Positions 1 to 6,983 of a stretch of DNA of 16,767 nucleotides are shown here, piece after piece. The stretch's first letter is position 1. Every line of letters begins with the position of its first letter. Both the position numbers and the translations under genes were made by a program. The DNA is from a bacterium (GTDB lineage: Bacteria > Krumholzibacteriota > Krumholzibacteriia > LZORAL124-64-63). The stretch lies in NCBI GenBank assembly GCA_031441465.1, contig JANOEP010000020.1, positions 1 through 16,767 of the forward strand, in the 5' to 3' direction. The notes beneath the pieces are model-generated. The model had not been told where the DNA came from. It did no database searches and saw nothing but the letters and a program-made list of their open reading frames with translations.

Positions 1-369
1 GGCGGACCGCATGCGCTCGGTGTGGTAGAGCAGGCAGTGGCGGCCGAGCCGGCTGAGCTGGCGGTCGATGGTAGAGGGAGCGACGCGAAGGTCCCTGGCG
101 ATCTGTCGGTTGGCCATGCAGCCGGTGGTCTTGGTCAGCAGCTGCGGGAGGATGTCGGGGCGCTTGAGCCAGTAGGAAGTGGCGAAGGTCTGGGTGCTGA
201 AGGAGCGGCGGCAGTGGAGGCAGAGGAACCGCTGGATACGGTACGGGCTGAGGTGTCGCCGGTAGTAGCCGATGCGTTTGAAGCGCCAGCCTGGGGCCAA
301 CTGCCTGTGGTGGCGGCAGTTGGGATTGGGGCAGTGGGGCGGGACGAAGCCCGAATCGATGGTGTGCAT
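1..369 (-). CDS. IS1-like transposase, N-terminal part (Zn-ribbon + HTH); 3' end lies beyond the left edge of the window
   Basis: Manual translation from the ATG at 369 is open to base 1: MHTIDSGFVPPHCPNPNCRHH...IQRFLCLHCRRSFSTQTFATSYWLKRPDILPQLLTKTTGCMANRQIARDLRVAPSTIDRQLSRLGRHCLLYHTERMRSA. It has a CPNPNC...CLHC zinc ribbon followed by an HTH-like segment (NRQIARDLRVAPSTIDRQL), the architecture of IS1/IS1595-type transposase N-termini. No DDE domain is visible in the window. Confidence 0.7.
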   Translation of the reverse strand, partial: MHTIDSGFVPPHCPNPNCRHHRQLAPGWRFKRIGYYRRHLSPYRIQRFLCLHCRRSFSTQTFATSYWLKRPDILPQLLTKTTGCMANRQIARDLRVAPSTIDRQLSRLGRHCLLYHTERMRSA

Positions 370-381
370 GTCCGACCCGAG

Positions 382-396
382 GCATCAAGCGGGCCG
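382..396 (-). promoter_or_regulatory. possible sigma54 (-24/-12) promoter of the transposase-like gene
   Basis: Minus strand reads CGGCCCG-cttg-ATGC against consensus TGGCACG-N4-TTGC, with exact GG-N10-GC spacing and 12 nt between the GC and the ATG at 369. Confidence 0.35.
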
Positions 397-426
397 GACA
401 CATTTTCGACGGCACAACTTTCAGGC

Positions 427-1944
427 TCAGAGACGCAGCGGGCGGTAGGCGTGGAGGCGCTGGCCGGGATGGATGATGCTCGAGGCGCGCAGCCCGTTGA
501 CACTGATGATGTGCTTCAAGGTGACGCCGAGACGGCGGGCGATCTCGAACAACGTATCGCCCGACCTCACCCGGTAGCTCACGCGTTCGTAGCCGTCGGG
601 AGGGGTGTCGGCGCCGGATTTCGCCGGCGGCGCGGCTGCCTTGGCGATGGCCGGCGGCGTCGCCTTGACGGCCGCGGGTGTGGCCTTGGCGATGGTGCGC
701 TCGGGTTCGCGGGGTGCGCGGGCGCCGGGCATGGGGATCAGGAGGCGGTCGCCGGGGTGGATCCGCGACACGTCGCGGATCTTGTTGAGGTCGGCGATGT
801 CGCGTACCCGGGTCCCGTAGTGCGTGGCGATCTGGCTGAGGGTTTCGCCGCGTCCCACGGTGTGGCGGCGCCAGGTCAGGCGTTTCTCGGGCGGGACGGC
901 GGCGAGTTCACGCGCGCAGCGCTCGCCGGTGCCCCGCGGCACGCGCACGCGGAAGTCGCTGCGTTCGGGCGGCGTCGCCCCCCGCAGGAGGCCGGGATTG
1001 AGCGCGGCCACGACGTCGCCCTCGACGCCGGCGCACTCGGCGATCAGCGACACGTCGGTCGCGTCCCCGATCGGCACGGTGTCGAAGGTCAGGTCGGGCA
1101 TCGCGGGCACTTCGAAACCGTAGGCGGCGGGGTCGCGACCGACCTGCAGGGCCGCAGCGAACTTCAGGACATGGTTGCGGGTCTGTTCGGGCATCCGCAG
1201 ACGGCGCACGTCGTCGTGGCCGGCCGCCTTGATGGCGCGCTCGATGCGGTGTTCGCCGGTGTTGTAAGCCGCGATGACCAGGGTCCAATCCCCGAACATG
1301 TGGTAGAGTTGCGAGAGGTACTTCGCGGCGGCGTTGGTGGCGAGTTCGATGTCGTGGCGCTCGTCGACCCACCAGTCGCACTGGAGGTTGAAGTGGCGGG
1401 CCGTGCCGGCCATGAACTGCCAGGTGCCAACAGCTCCCGCGCTGGAACGGACGCGGGGGTTGAAGCCGCTCTCGATGGCGGCCAGCCAGATCAACTCGCG
1501 CGGCAGCCCGGCGGCGTCGAGATGATCGTAGATGAGCGAGTCGCAGGCGGCCTTGCGGTTCAGCCAGGTCTGCATGAAGCCCCGGCCGGGGCCGGTGAAG
1601 TGGTCGACCCAGCGCTGGACCTGGTCGTGGTCGAGGATCTGCAGGTCCTGCTCGATGGCGGTGCGCTCGGGGAGCGTCACCGGGATCAGCGTGTCCGGCA
1701 ACGAAAGACCGCGCACATCGGCGAGCCCCACGGCGACCAGGGAATCGCCGAGCGCGAGCGCCCGGCTCGGCTGGAACTCGGGGAGTTCCTGCGATTCGAG
1801 TGATGCGGTCTCGGAGAACGGCTCGATCATCAGGGACACGGGAAGTTCTGTGATGTCATCCTGGAGAGGCGGGGCGGACGCGCAACCGCCGCCGAACGCG
1901 GCGATCCCGGTGACGAGGGCGAAGATGGGAATCAGTCGGGTCAT
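427..1944 (-). CDS. mltD: MltD-type membrane-bound lytic murein transglycosylase with LysM domains (probable lipoprotein)
   Basis: Signal peptide ending in a lipobox-like FGGGC. SLT motifs IESGFNP..SSAGAVGTWQFM, AAYNTGE and PEQTRNHV. Two clear LysM repeats (HTVGRGETLSQIA...; YRVRSGDTLFEIA...) separated by an Ala/Pro/Lys linker. GGAGG RBS upstream of the ATG. Confidence 0.9.
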   Translation of the reverse strand: MTRLIPIFALVTGIAAFGGGCASAPPLQDDITELPVSLMIEPFSETASLESQELPEFQPSRALALGDSLVAVGLADVRGLSLPDTLIPVTLPERTAIEQDLQILDHDQVQRWVDHFTGPGRGFMQTWLNRKAACDSLIYDHLDAAGLPRELIWLAAIESGFNPRVRSSAGAVGTWQFMAGTARHFNLQCDWWVDERHDIELATNAAAKYLSQLYHMFGDWTLVIAAYNTGEHRIERAIKAAGHDDVRRLRMPEQTRNHVLKFAAALQVGRDPAAYGFEVPAMPDLTFDTVPIGDATDVSLIAECAGVEGDVVAALNPGLLRGATPPERSDFRVRVPRGTGERCARELAAVPPEKRLTWRRHTVGRGETLSQIATHYGTRVRDIADLNKIRDVSRIHPGDRLLIPMPGARAPREPERTIAKATPAAVKATPPAIAKAAAPPAKSGADTPPDGYERVSYRVRSGDTLFEIARRLGVTLKHIISVNGLRASSIIHPGQRLHAYRPLRL

Positions 1945-2028
1945 CAGAGGCCGCCTCCGTGCAAGGTCGTTGATTCGTGAAGTGCGGCAGCCACGTTGTT
2001 AACCAGGTGGGCTTACGTGATGCCGCAA

Positions 2029-2057
2029 TTGCAAATTACGAGACTATATGTCATACT
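2029..2057 (+). promoter_or_regulatory. putative sigma70 promoter for the diguanylate cyclase/comEC unit
   Basis: TTGCAA (2029-2034), 17-nt spacer, CATACT (2052-2057), with an extended -10 TG at 2049-2050, in the AT-richer divergent intergenic region. Confidence 0.55.
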
Positions 2058-2144
2058 TGGTTCGAGCTGACTTTCCGGCAACGCCGGCGGGACCACTTGA
2101 GTTCCCGCTGCCGTGTCGTCGTGATCCAGGAGAGGGCAACACCC

Positions 2145-3554
2145 GTGCGCACCGTTCTGCGAAATCTCCTGAATCTGTCCCCGGTCGCGTCCGACCTTCA
2201 TCAGGAAGTCGCTGCGGCGCTGGCCGGGGACGACCCCCAGCGTCTCCGGCGTGCCGGCCACCGATTGGTCGTGGCGCTCCTGGACGGCGGAGATCTCGTG
2301 CGAGTCCGTGTCAGCGGTCGCGACGGTCCGCCGCTTTTCGCCCGGCCCGGGCAGGCGACGCTCCACGACTTGTCCGCTTTCGTCGATCCCACCGAATTGG
2401 TCGTTTCCGGTCCGACCCCGCTTCCTGCACCGGTAACTGCGGCTGCACCTGCGCCCGCCCGCGGTCACGGGGTGGGCGAGGCGCCGGGCAGCACCGACCT
2501 TAACGCGCCCGAACGGTTGATGCAAGCCATGGAACGCGCCCAGGCCCTGCAGGCCTCCGCCGAGGCCGGAGGCGGGATTCCCCGGGTCCTGCGGGAGATC
2601 CTGGTCATGCTGGAGCCCGACCTGCCCGACCTCTCGCTTTACCTGGAATTATTCCCGCCGTTGGAACCCGACACGGACCTCGACCGCGTCTTCGCCGGAG
2701 ATACGAGCGACCGCCCCTTCTGGGCGACGACCAGGGGCGCCGGCGAAGCTATCTGGATCGGGGATGAACGGGAATTGCCGACACCGTTGCGGAAACGCCT
2801 AGACGGTCGTGCTGCCGGCTCCGTCTTGGCGGTGCCGATCCTCTCGCCGTTGTCCGTCGACGAGGGCGAACTCGAGCCGGCGCACGAGGCCGGCCTGCTC
2901 TACCTGATGGCGCCCACCGATCGGGACCGCCTTCAGATGCTGCAATTGGGACGGCGCGTCGCGCGGTTCGTGACCCACGGTTGGCAGCAGCGGACGCTGA
3001 TGAACCGGTTGATGCACACCGACCCGCTCACCGGTGTCCGCAATCGCGCCTTCTTCGACACGCAGTTCGACATCGAACTCGATCGTGCCCGGCGGCGTGG
3101 ATCCACCGTCGTCCTCCTGCTGGCCGACATCGACCATTTCAAAGCCATCAACGACCAGTACGGTCATCCGGCCGGGGATCGTGTCTTGAAGGCCGTGGCC
3201 CGGGAACTGCTCGCGGGATTGCGCCGCATCGACCTGGTCTGCCGGGTGGGCGGCGAGGAATTCGCGCTCGTGATGCCGGACACGCTGCCCGAGGCCGTGG
3301 TCGAGATCGTGGCCCGCCTGCAGGTACGCATCGCGAACCTCCGCCTGGCCGACCCGGCGGCGACCGAACCGATCCGCCTGACGGTTTCCTGCGGCGGCGC
3401 CGTATTCCCCGGTGCCGGTGAGACCCTCGACGATCTCTACCGCCGAGCCGACGAGATGCTCTACCTCTCGAAGCAGAGGGGCCGCAACCGTTGTCATCTC
3501 TGGAATCCCGTCGGCGATCCCCTCCTGACCCTCCCGCGCTACCAGGCGCCCTGA
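2145..3554 (+). CDS. diguanylate cyclase (degenerate GAF-like sensor + GGEEF domain)
   Basis: C-terminal domain has TDPLTGVRNR, DIDHFKAINDQYGHPAGD, an intact GGEEF, an RxxD I-site (RRID) five residues upstream, and LYLSKQRGRN. A GAF-like segment (GEAIWIGD...SVLAVPIL...AGLLYL) precedes it. Start moved from 1977 to the GTG at 2145 because of AGGAGAGG at 2128-2135 and the promoter position. Confidence 0.88.
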   Translation: MRTVLRNLLNLSPVASDLHQEVAAALAGDDPQRLRRAGHRLVVALLDGGDLVRVRVSGRDGPPLFARPGQATLHDLSAFVDPTELVVSGPTPLPAPVTAAAPAPARGHGVGEAPGSTDLNAPERLMQAMERAQALQASAEAGGGIPRVLREILVMLEPDLPDLSLYLELFPPLEPDTDLDRVFAGDTSDRPFWATTRGAGEAIWIGDERELPTPLRKRLDGRAAGSVLAVPILSPLSVDEGELEPAHEAGLLYLMAPTDRDRLQMLQLGRRVARFVTHGWQQRTLMNRLMHTDPLTGVRNRAFFDTQFDIELDRARRRGSTVVLLLADIDHFKAINDQYGHPAGDRVLKAVARELLAGLRRIDLVCRVGGEEFALVMPDTLPEAVVEIVARLQVRIANLRLADPAATEPIRLTVSCGGAVFPGAGETLDDLYRRADEMLYLSKQRGRNRCHLWNPVGDPLLTLPRYQAP

Positions 3555-6292
3555 GGCGTGCTGTCGCCGCCGGCGACCGTGCCGCCCGCCGCCACCTCCT
3601 GCTGATCTGGGCCATCCTCGCGCTGACCGGTTACGACCTCGGGTTGCGGTCGCCCGCGCCGCTTGCGGATTGGCGAACTTCGGCCGCAACCGCGGCCGGC
3701 TGGCAGCGTGCCGGCGCCTTGGCGCCGCTGCTGACGGGCATCTGGACCGCCCCGGCGGCCGTGCCCGTGGCTGCGGTCGCGACGCTCGCGGCGTCCGTGG
3801 CCGCCGGCCGGGCGACGGCGACCGCACTGGCGCGTTCGGAAGCCGTCGTGGCCGCTCCCTGGTCGCCTTCGCGGCGACTGCGGGCCGGCTGCGGCGCGGC
3901 GATCAGGATCACGGGCTGGCCGTCGCGCACGCCGCGCGGCTGGAAAGCGTCGGGCGTGATCGTGGCGTGCGGCGACTCCGCGCGCGGCGACGCGGCTGCG
4001 GCGCCGCGTGCGCGGGACGGCGTGCTCCTGCAAGGACAAGGTCCGCCGCCGCGTCTCTGGCAAGTCGTGGCCGGTCATCTCGATACGACGGTGCCGCCGG
4101 GTCCGGCGGTTCCCCGGGGCTTTTCGCCGCTGGCCTACGCCCGCACGCGCGGGCTCGTCTGGCACGGCCGCTTCGAGCCGGACACCACGGCTTGCGCGCG
4201 GGGGGGCATCCTGGACGACGCGGCGTCGCGCGTCCTGACGCCCGTGCGCGACCACATCCTCGAGCGGCTGTCGCAGTTGCTGCCCACGCGCGAGGCCGTG
4301 ATCATGGGCGCCGTCCTGCTCGGGGAGAGGGATCCCCTCGATCGCGAACTGCGGGAACCGTTCACCCAACTCGGACTTTCGCACCTGTTCTCGGTCAGCG
4401 GACTTCATGTCGGACTGATCGCGGCCCTGGTCTTGACGCTGCTGCGGCCCATGGCTGTGGGGCCGCTCGGTCGGTGCCTCTGGATCGGGGTGGTGCTGCC
4501 CGTCTATGCGGTGCTGACCGGTCTGGCCGGCTCCGCGGTGCGCGCGATGGGCCTGGGTCTGCTCGCCGTGGCCGGCGTGGCGTCCGGTCGCGATCACGAC
4601 GCCTTGCGCTCCCTCGGGCTGCTGTTCTGGCTGGCGATTGTCTGGCAGCCGGACAGCCTCGGCGATCCCGGCCTGCGGCTGAGCTACTTGGCGGCGGGAG
4701 GGCTCATGGGCGCGTTGCGGCTGGCGAACGGGTTGGCGGGCGCGCCGCGGGCCGTGCGGTCCGTCGTGGGGCCGCTGCTGGTCAGCATCGGCGCCACCTG
4801 GGCGACCTTGCCGGAGACGGCGGCCGCCTTCGGCTGGATCCACCCCTTCGCTTCCCTGGTCAACCTCGTGGCCGTGCCGGCCTTCGCCGGTGCGGTGTGG
4901 GTGGCTGTCGTGGCGCTGCTGGCGACGCCGCTGCCGTGGCTGGCCCAGTCGGCGGCCGCTCTCGCCTGGATGACCGTCCGGCTGTTGTCGGCCGGCGCCA
5001 CAGCCCTGCTCGCGCAGGGCGACGCGCGCCTGGGCCTGCCCGGCTGGACGCCGTTGTCGGTGCTGCCGTTCGCCTTCGGGACGCTCCTGCTCGTCGTCGC
5101 GTTGCGTTCGCGGCCGCCGCCTTGGGTGAGGTGCGCGGCGGCGGCAGGAGCCGTGCTCTGCGCCGCCGCCCTCACGCTGACGGGACGCACGGCGCCGTCC
5201 GGAACGATGACGGTCCTGCAGGCCGATATCGGGCAGGGGGACGCCGCCGTCTTCGTCTTTCCCGACCGCAGCGCCGTGCTGGTGGACACGGGACCCTGCT
5301 GGTCCGGCGGGTCGCAGTTCGGTCGGGCGCTGGAGCCTTGGCTGCGCCGCGAGGGCGTGCGCCGACTGGCCTCCGTGGTGCTGACGCACGGCCACGACGA
5401 CCACGACGGCGGCGCCGCCGAAATCGCGGTCGGCTGGGAAACCGCCGCCTGGGCCCTCGGGGGCGAGGCGGCGCCGCCGCCGGGCGCGTCTACCGCGGTT
5501 TGCCCAGCGCCGGGGTCGATCATTCACGCCGCCGGCGGCTGGGATCTGTGTTGCCTCGGCGCCGTGCCGGCCGGGATGGCGGCCGCCAACGAGAACGACC
5601 GCTCCGTCGTGCTCGCCCTGCGGCGTGACGGTGCGACCATGGGACTGTGGACGGGCGACCTCGAGGTCACGGGCGAAGCCGCCCTGCTCGCCGACGACCG
5701 GTGGTGGCCGGAGGGCGAGATCGACGTGCTCAAGGCCGGGCATCACGGCAGCCGCACGTCCAGCGGGCAGGCTCTCTTGGATGCGCTACGGCCGCGACTG
5801 GTGCTGATCAGTTGCGGGGTCGAGAACACCTACGAGCATCCCAGTCATGGCCCCTTCGTGTCACGGGGCGACACGCTGCCGATCCTGCGCACCGACCTGT
5901 GCGGCTCCGTGCTGCTGCGCTGGCGCGGAAAGGCTCCGCTCGAGGTCCGAACCACGCGCCGGGAACTGCCGTCGGCGTGGCTTGACACCGGCAAAGGGGC
6001 TGCGTACCATGCGCGCGTCGCGCCGACGGCGCGTCTGGATCGCCCGCCCGCAACCGCCCAACCGAACCGGGAGTCCCATGTCCAGCCTGCGCAGCACGTT
6101 CGATCTCGGCTTGAAGCCCGATCGCCTAGGGAAGGTGCGAGAGATTTTCGATCTCGGACGGGAACTGTTCATCGTCGCGACCGATCGGATCTCCGCCTAC
6201 GATGTCGTCATGGACCAGATCGTGCCTGGTCGCGGTGTTGTATTGTCAGTCATGACAATGGCCTGGATGGATTTCTTCAAAGAAATTCCTAA
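3551..6292 (+). CDS. comEC: ComEC/Rec2 competence DNA-uptake channel with metallo-beta-lactamase domain (start and stop both atypical)
   Basis: Competence-domain motif LGLSHLFSVSGLHVG and multiple TM segments. MBL motifs DIGQGDA, LVDTG, THGHDDHDGG, NENDRS, GDLE, LKAGHHGSRTSS, YEHP and RTD..GSV. The start is uncertain (TTG 3491 or CTG 3551). The frame stays open about 120 codons past the usual end of the domain. Confidence 0.85.
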   Translation: MRRAVAAGDRAARRHLLLIWAILALTGYDLGLRSPAPLADWRTSAATAAGWQRAGALAPLLTGIWTAPAAVPVAAVATLAASVAAGRATATALARSEAVVAAPWSPSRRLRAGCGAAIRITGWPSRTPRGWKASGVIVACGDSARGDAAAAPRARDGVLLQGQGPPPRLWQVVAGHLDTTVPPGPAVPRGFSPLAYARTRGLVWHGRFEPDTTACARGGILDDAASRVLTPVRDHILERLSQLLPTREAVIMGAVLLGERDPLDRELREPFTQLGLSHLFSVSGLHVGLIAALVLTLLRPMAVGPLGRCLWIGVVLPVYAVLTGLAGSAVRAMGLGLLAVAGVASGRDHDALRSLGLLFWLAIVWQPDSLGDPGLRLSYLAAGGLMGALRLANGLAGAPRAVRSVVGPLLVSIGATWATLPETAAAFGWIHPFASLVNLVAVPAFAGAVWVAVVALLATPLPWLAQSAAALAWMTVRLLSAGATALLAQGDARLGLPGWTPLSVLPFAFGTLLLVVALRSRPPPWVRCAAAAGAVLCAAALTLTGRTAPSGTMTVLQADIGQGDAAVFVFPDRSAVLVDTGPCWSGGSQFGRALEPWLRREGVRRLASVVLTHGHDDHDGGAAEIAVGWETAAWALGGEAAPPPGASTAVCPAPGSIIHAAGGWDLCCLGAVPAGMAAANENDRSVVLALRRDGATMGLWTGDLEVTGEAALLADDRWWPEGEIDVLKAGHHGSRTSSGQALLDALRPRLVLISCGVENTYEHPSHGPFVSRGDTLPILRTDLCGSVLLRWRGKAPLEVRTTRRELPSAWLDTGKGAAYHARVAPTARLDRPPATAQPNRESHVQPAQHVRSRLEARSPREGARDFRSRTGTVHRRDRSDLRLRCRHGPDRAWSRCCIVSHDNGLDGFLQRNS
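5982..6010 (+). promoter_or_regulatory. sigma70 promoter for purC-purH-guaA and possibly downstream genes
   Basis: Perfect -35 TTGACA (5982-5987), 17-nt spacer, -10 TACCAT (6005-6010), 67 nt upstream of the purC ATG. Confidence 0.75.
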
Positions 6293-6983
6293 CCATCTGG
6301 TGACGGCGGAACCCGACCTGTTTCCGGCGCCGTTCCGGGAGCACCGCGAGGTGCTGGCCGGCCGCTCGATGCTGGTGCGCAAGGCCGTACCTTTCCCCGT
6401 GGAGTGCATTGCGCGCGGCTACCTTTCGGGGTCGGGGTGGCGCTCCTATCAGCGGGACGGGACCGTCTGCGGGCAGGTCCTGCCGGCCGGACTGCTGAAG
6501 TCCTCACCGTTGCCGGCGCCGATCTTCACTCCCTCGACCAAGGCCGAGCAGGGCCACGACGAGAACATCGACTTCGCGAGCGTGGTCGACCTGATCGGCG
6601 AACAGGACGCGGCGCGTCTGCGCGACGTCACGCTCGACCTCTACCGGCGCGCTGCCGCCTACGCACGCGCCGGCGGCGTGCTGATCGCCGACACGAAGTT
6701 CGAGTTCGGTCTGGTCGACGGCGAGTTGACCCTCATCGACGAGGTGCTCACGCCCGACTCCAGCCGCTTCTGGCCCGCGGCCGACCACCGTCCGGGCGAG
6801 GAGCCGCCGAGCTGGGACAAGCAGATCCTGCGCAATCACCTGGACACCTTGGACTGGAACCGCGAACCGCCGCCGCCCCGCCTGCCGGCGGAGATTCTCG
6901 AGCGGACGGCCCGTCGCTACCAGGACGTCCTGAACATCCTGTTCGTCGAGGAGGCCCGCAGATGGCACCAGGCTCTGATCTGA
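6078..6983 (+). CDS. purC: phosphoribosylaminoimidazole-succinocarboxamide (SAICAR) synthase
   Basis: Motifs GKVREIF, ATDRISAYD, PVECIARGYLSGSGW, FTPSTKAEQGHDENI, ADTKFEFG, DEVLTPDSSRFW and DKQILR. ATG at 6078 with GGGAG RBS at 6069-6073. Confidence 0.96.
   Translation: MSSLRSTFDLGLKPDRLGKVREIFDLGRELFIVATDRISAYDVVMDQIVPGRGVVLSVMTMAWMDFFKEIPNHLVTAEPDLFPAPFREHREVLAGRSMLVRKAVPFPVECIARGYLSGSGWRSYQRDGTVCGQVLPAGLLKSSPLPAPIFTPSTKAEQGHDENIDFASVVDLIGEQDAARLRDVTLDLYRRAAAYARAGGVLIADTKFEFGLVDGELTLIDEVLTPDSSRFWPAADHRPGEEPPSWDKQILRNHLDTLDWNREPPPPRLPAEILERTARRYQDVLNILFVEEARRWHQALI

Noticed and set aside
620..695. AKATP/AKAAAP repeats in MltD
   Set aside because: This is an ordinary low-complexity linker between LysM domains.
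22..1803. 593-aa plus-strand ORF and other long antisense or alternate-frame ORFs (3539-5746, 3670-5628, 6917-8641, 8550-10289, 10780-12480, 13245-15038)
   Set aside because: These are shadow ORFs of well-supported genes, expected from high-GC codon bias, and they carry no recognisable motifs.
6011..6077. ZTP (pfl) or purine riboswitch in the purC leader
   Set aside because: The leader is only about 60 nt with one GC hairpin (cgcgccg-a-cggcgcg). CGCCCGCC is present, but the following UGGGC and the 5' GACUGGCG elements are missing.
5847..6961. N-terminal extensions of PurC (from 5847) and PurH (from 6404) shown in the ORF track
   Set aside because: Homology and RBS positions support ATG 6078 and ATG 6962. 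The extensions are open frames overlapping upstream genes.
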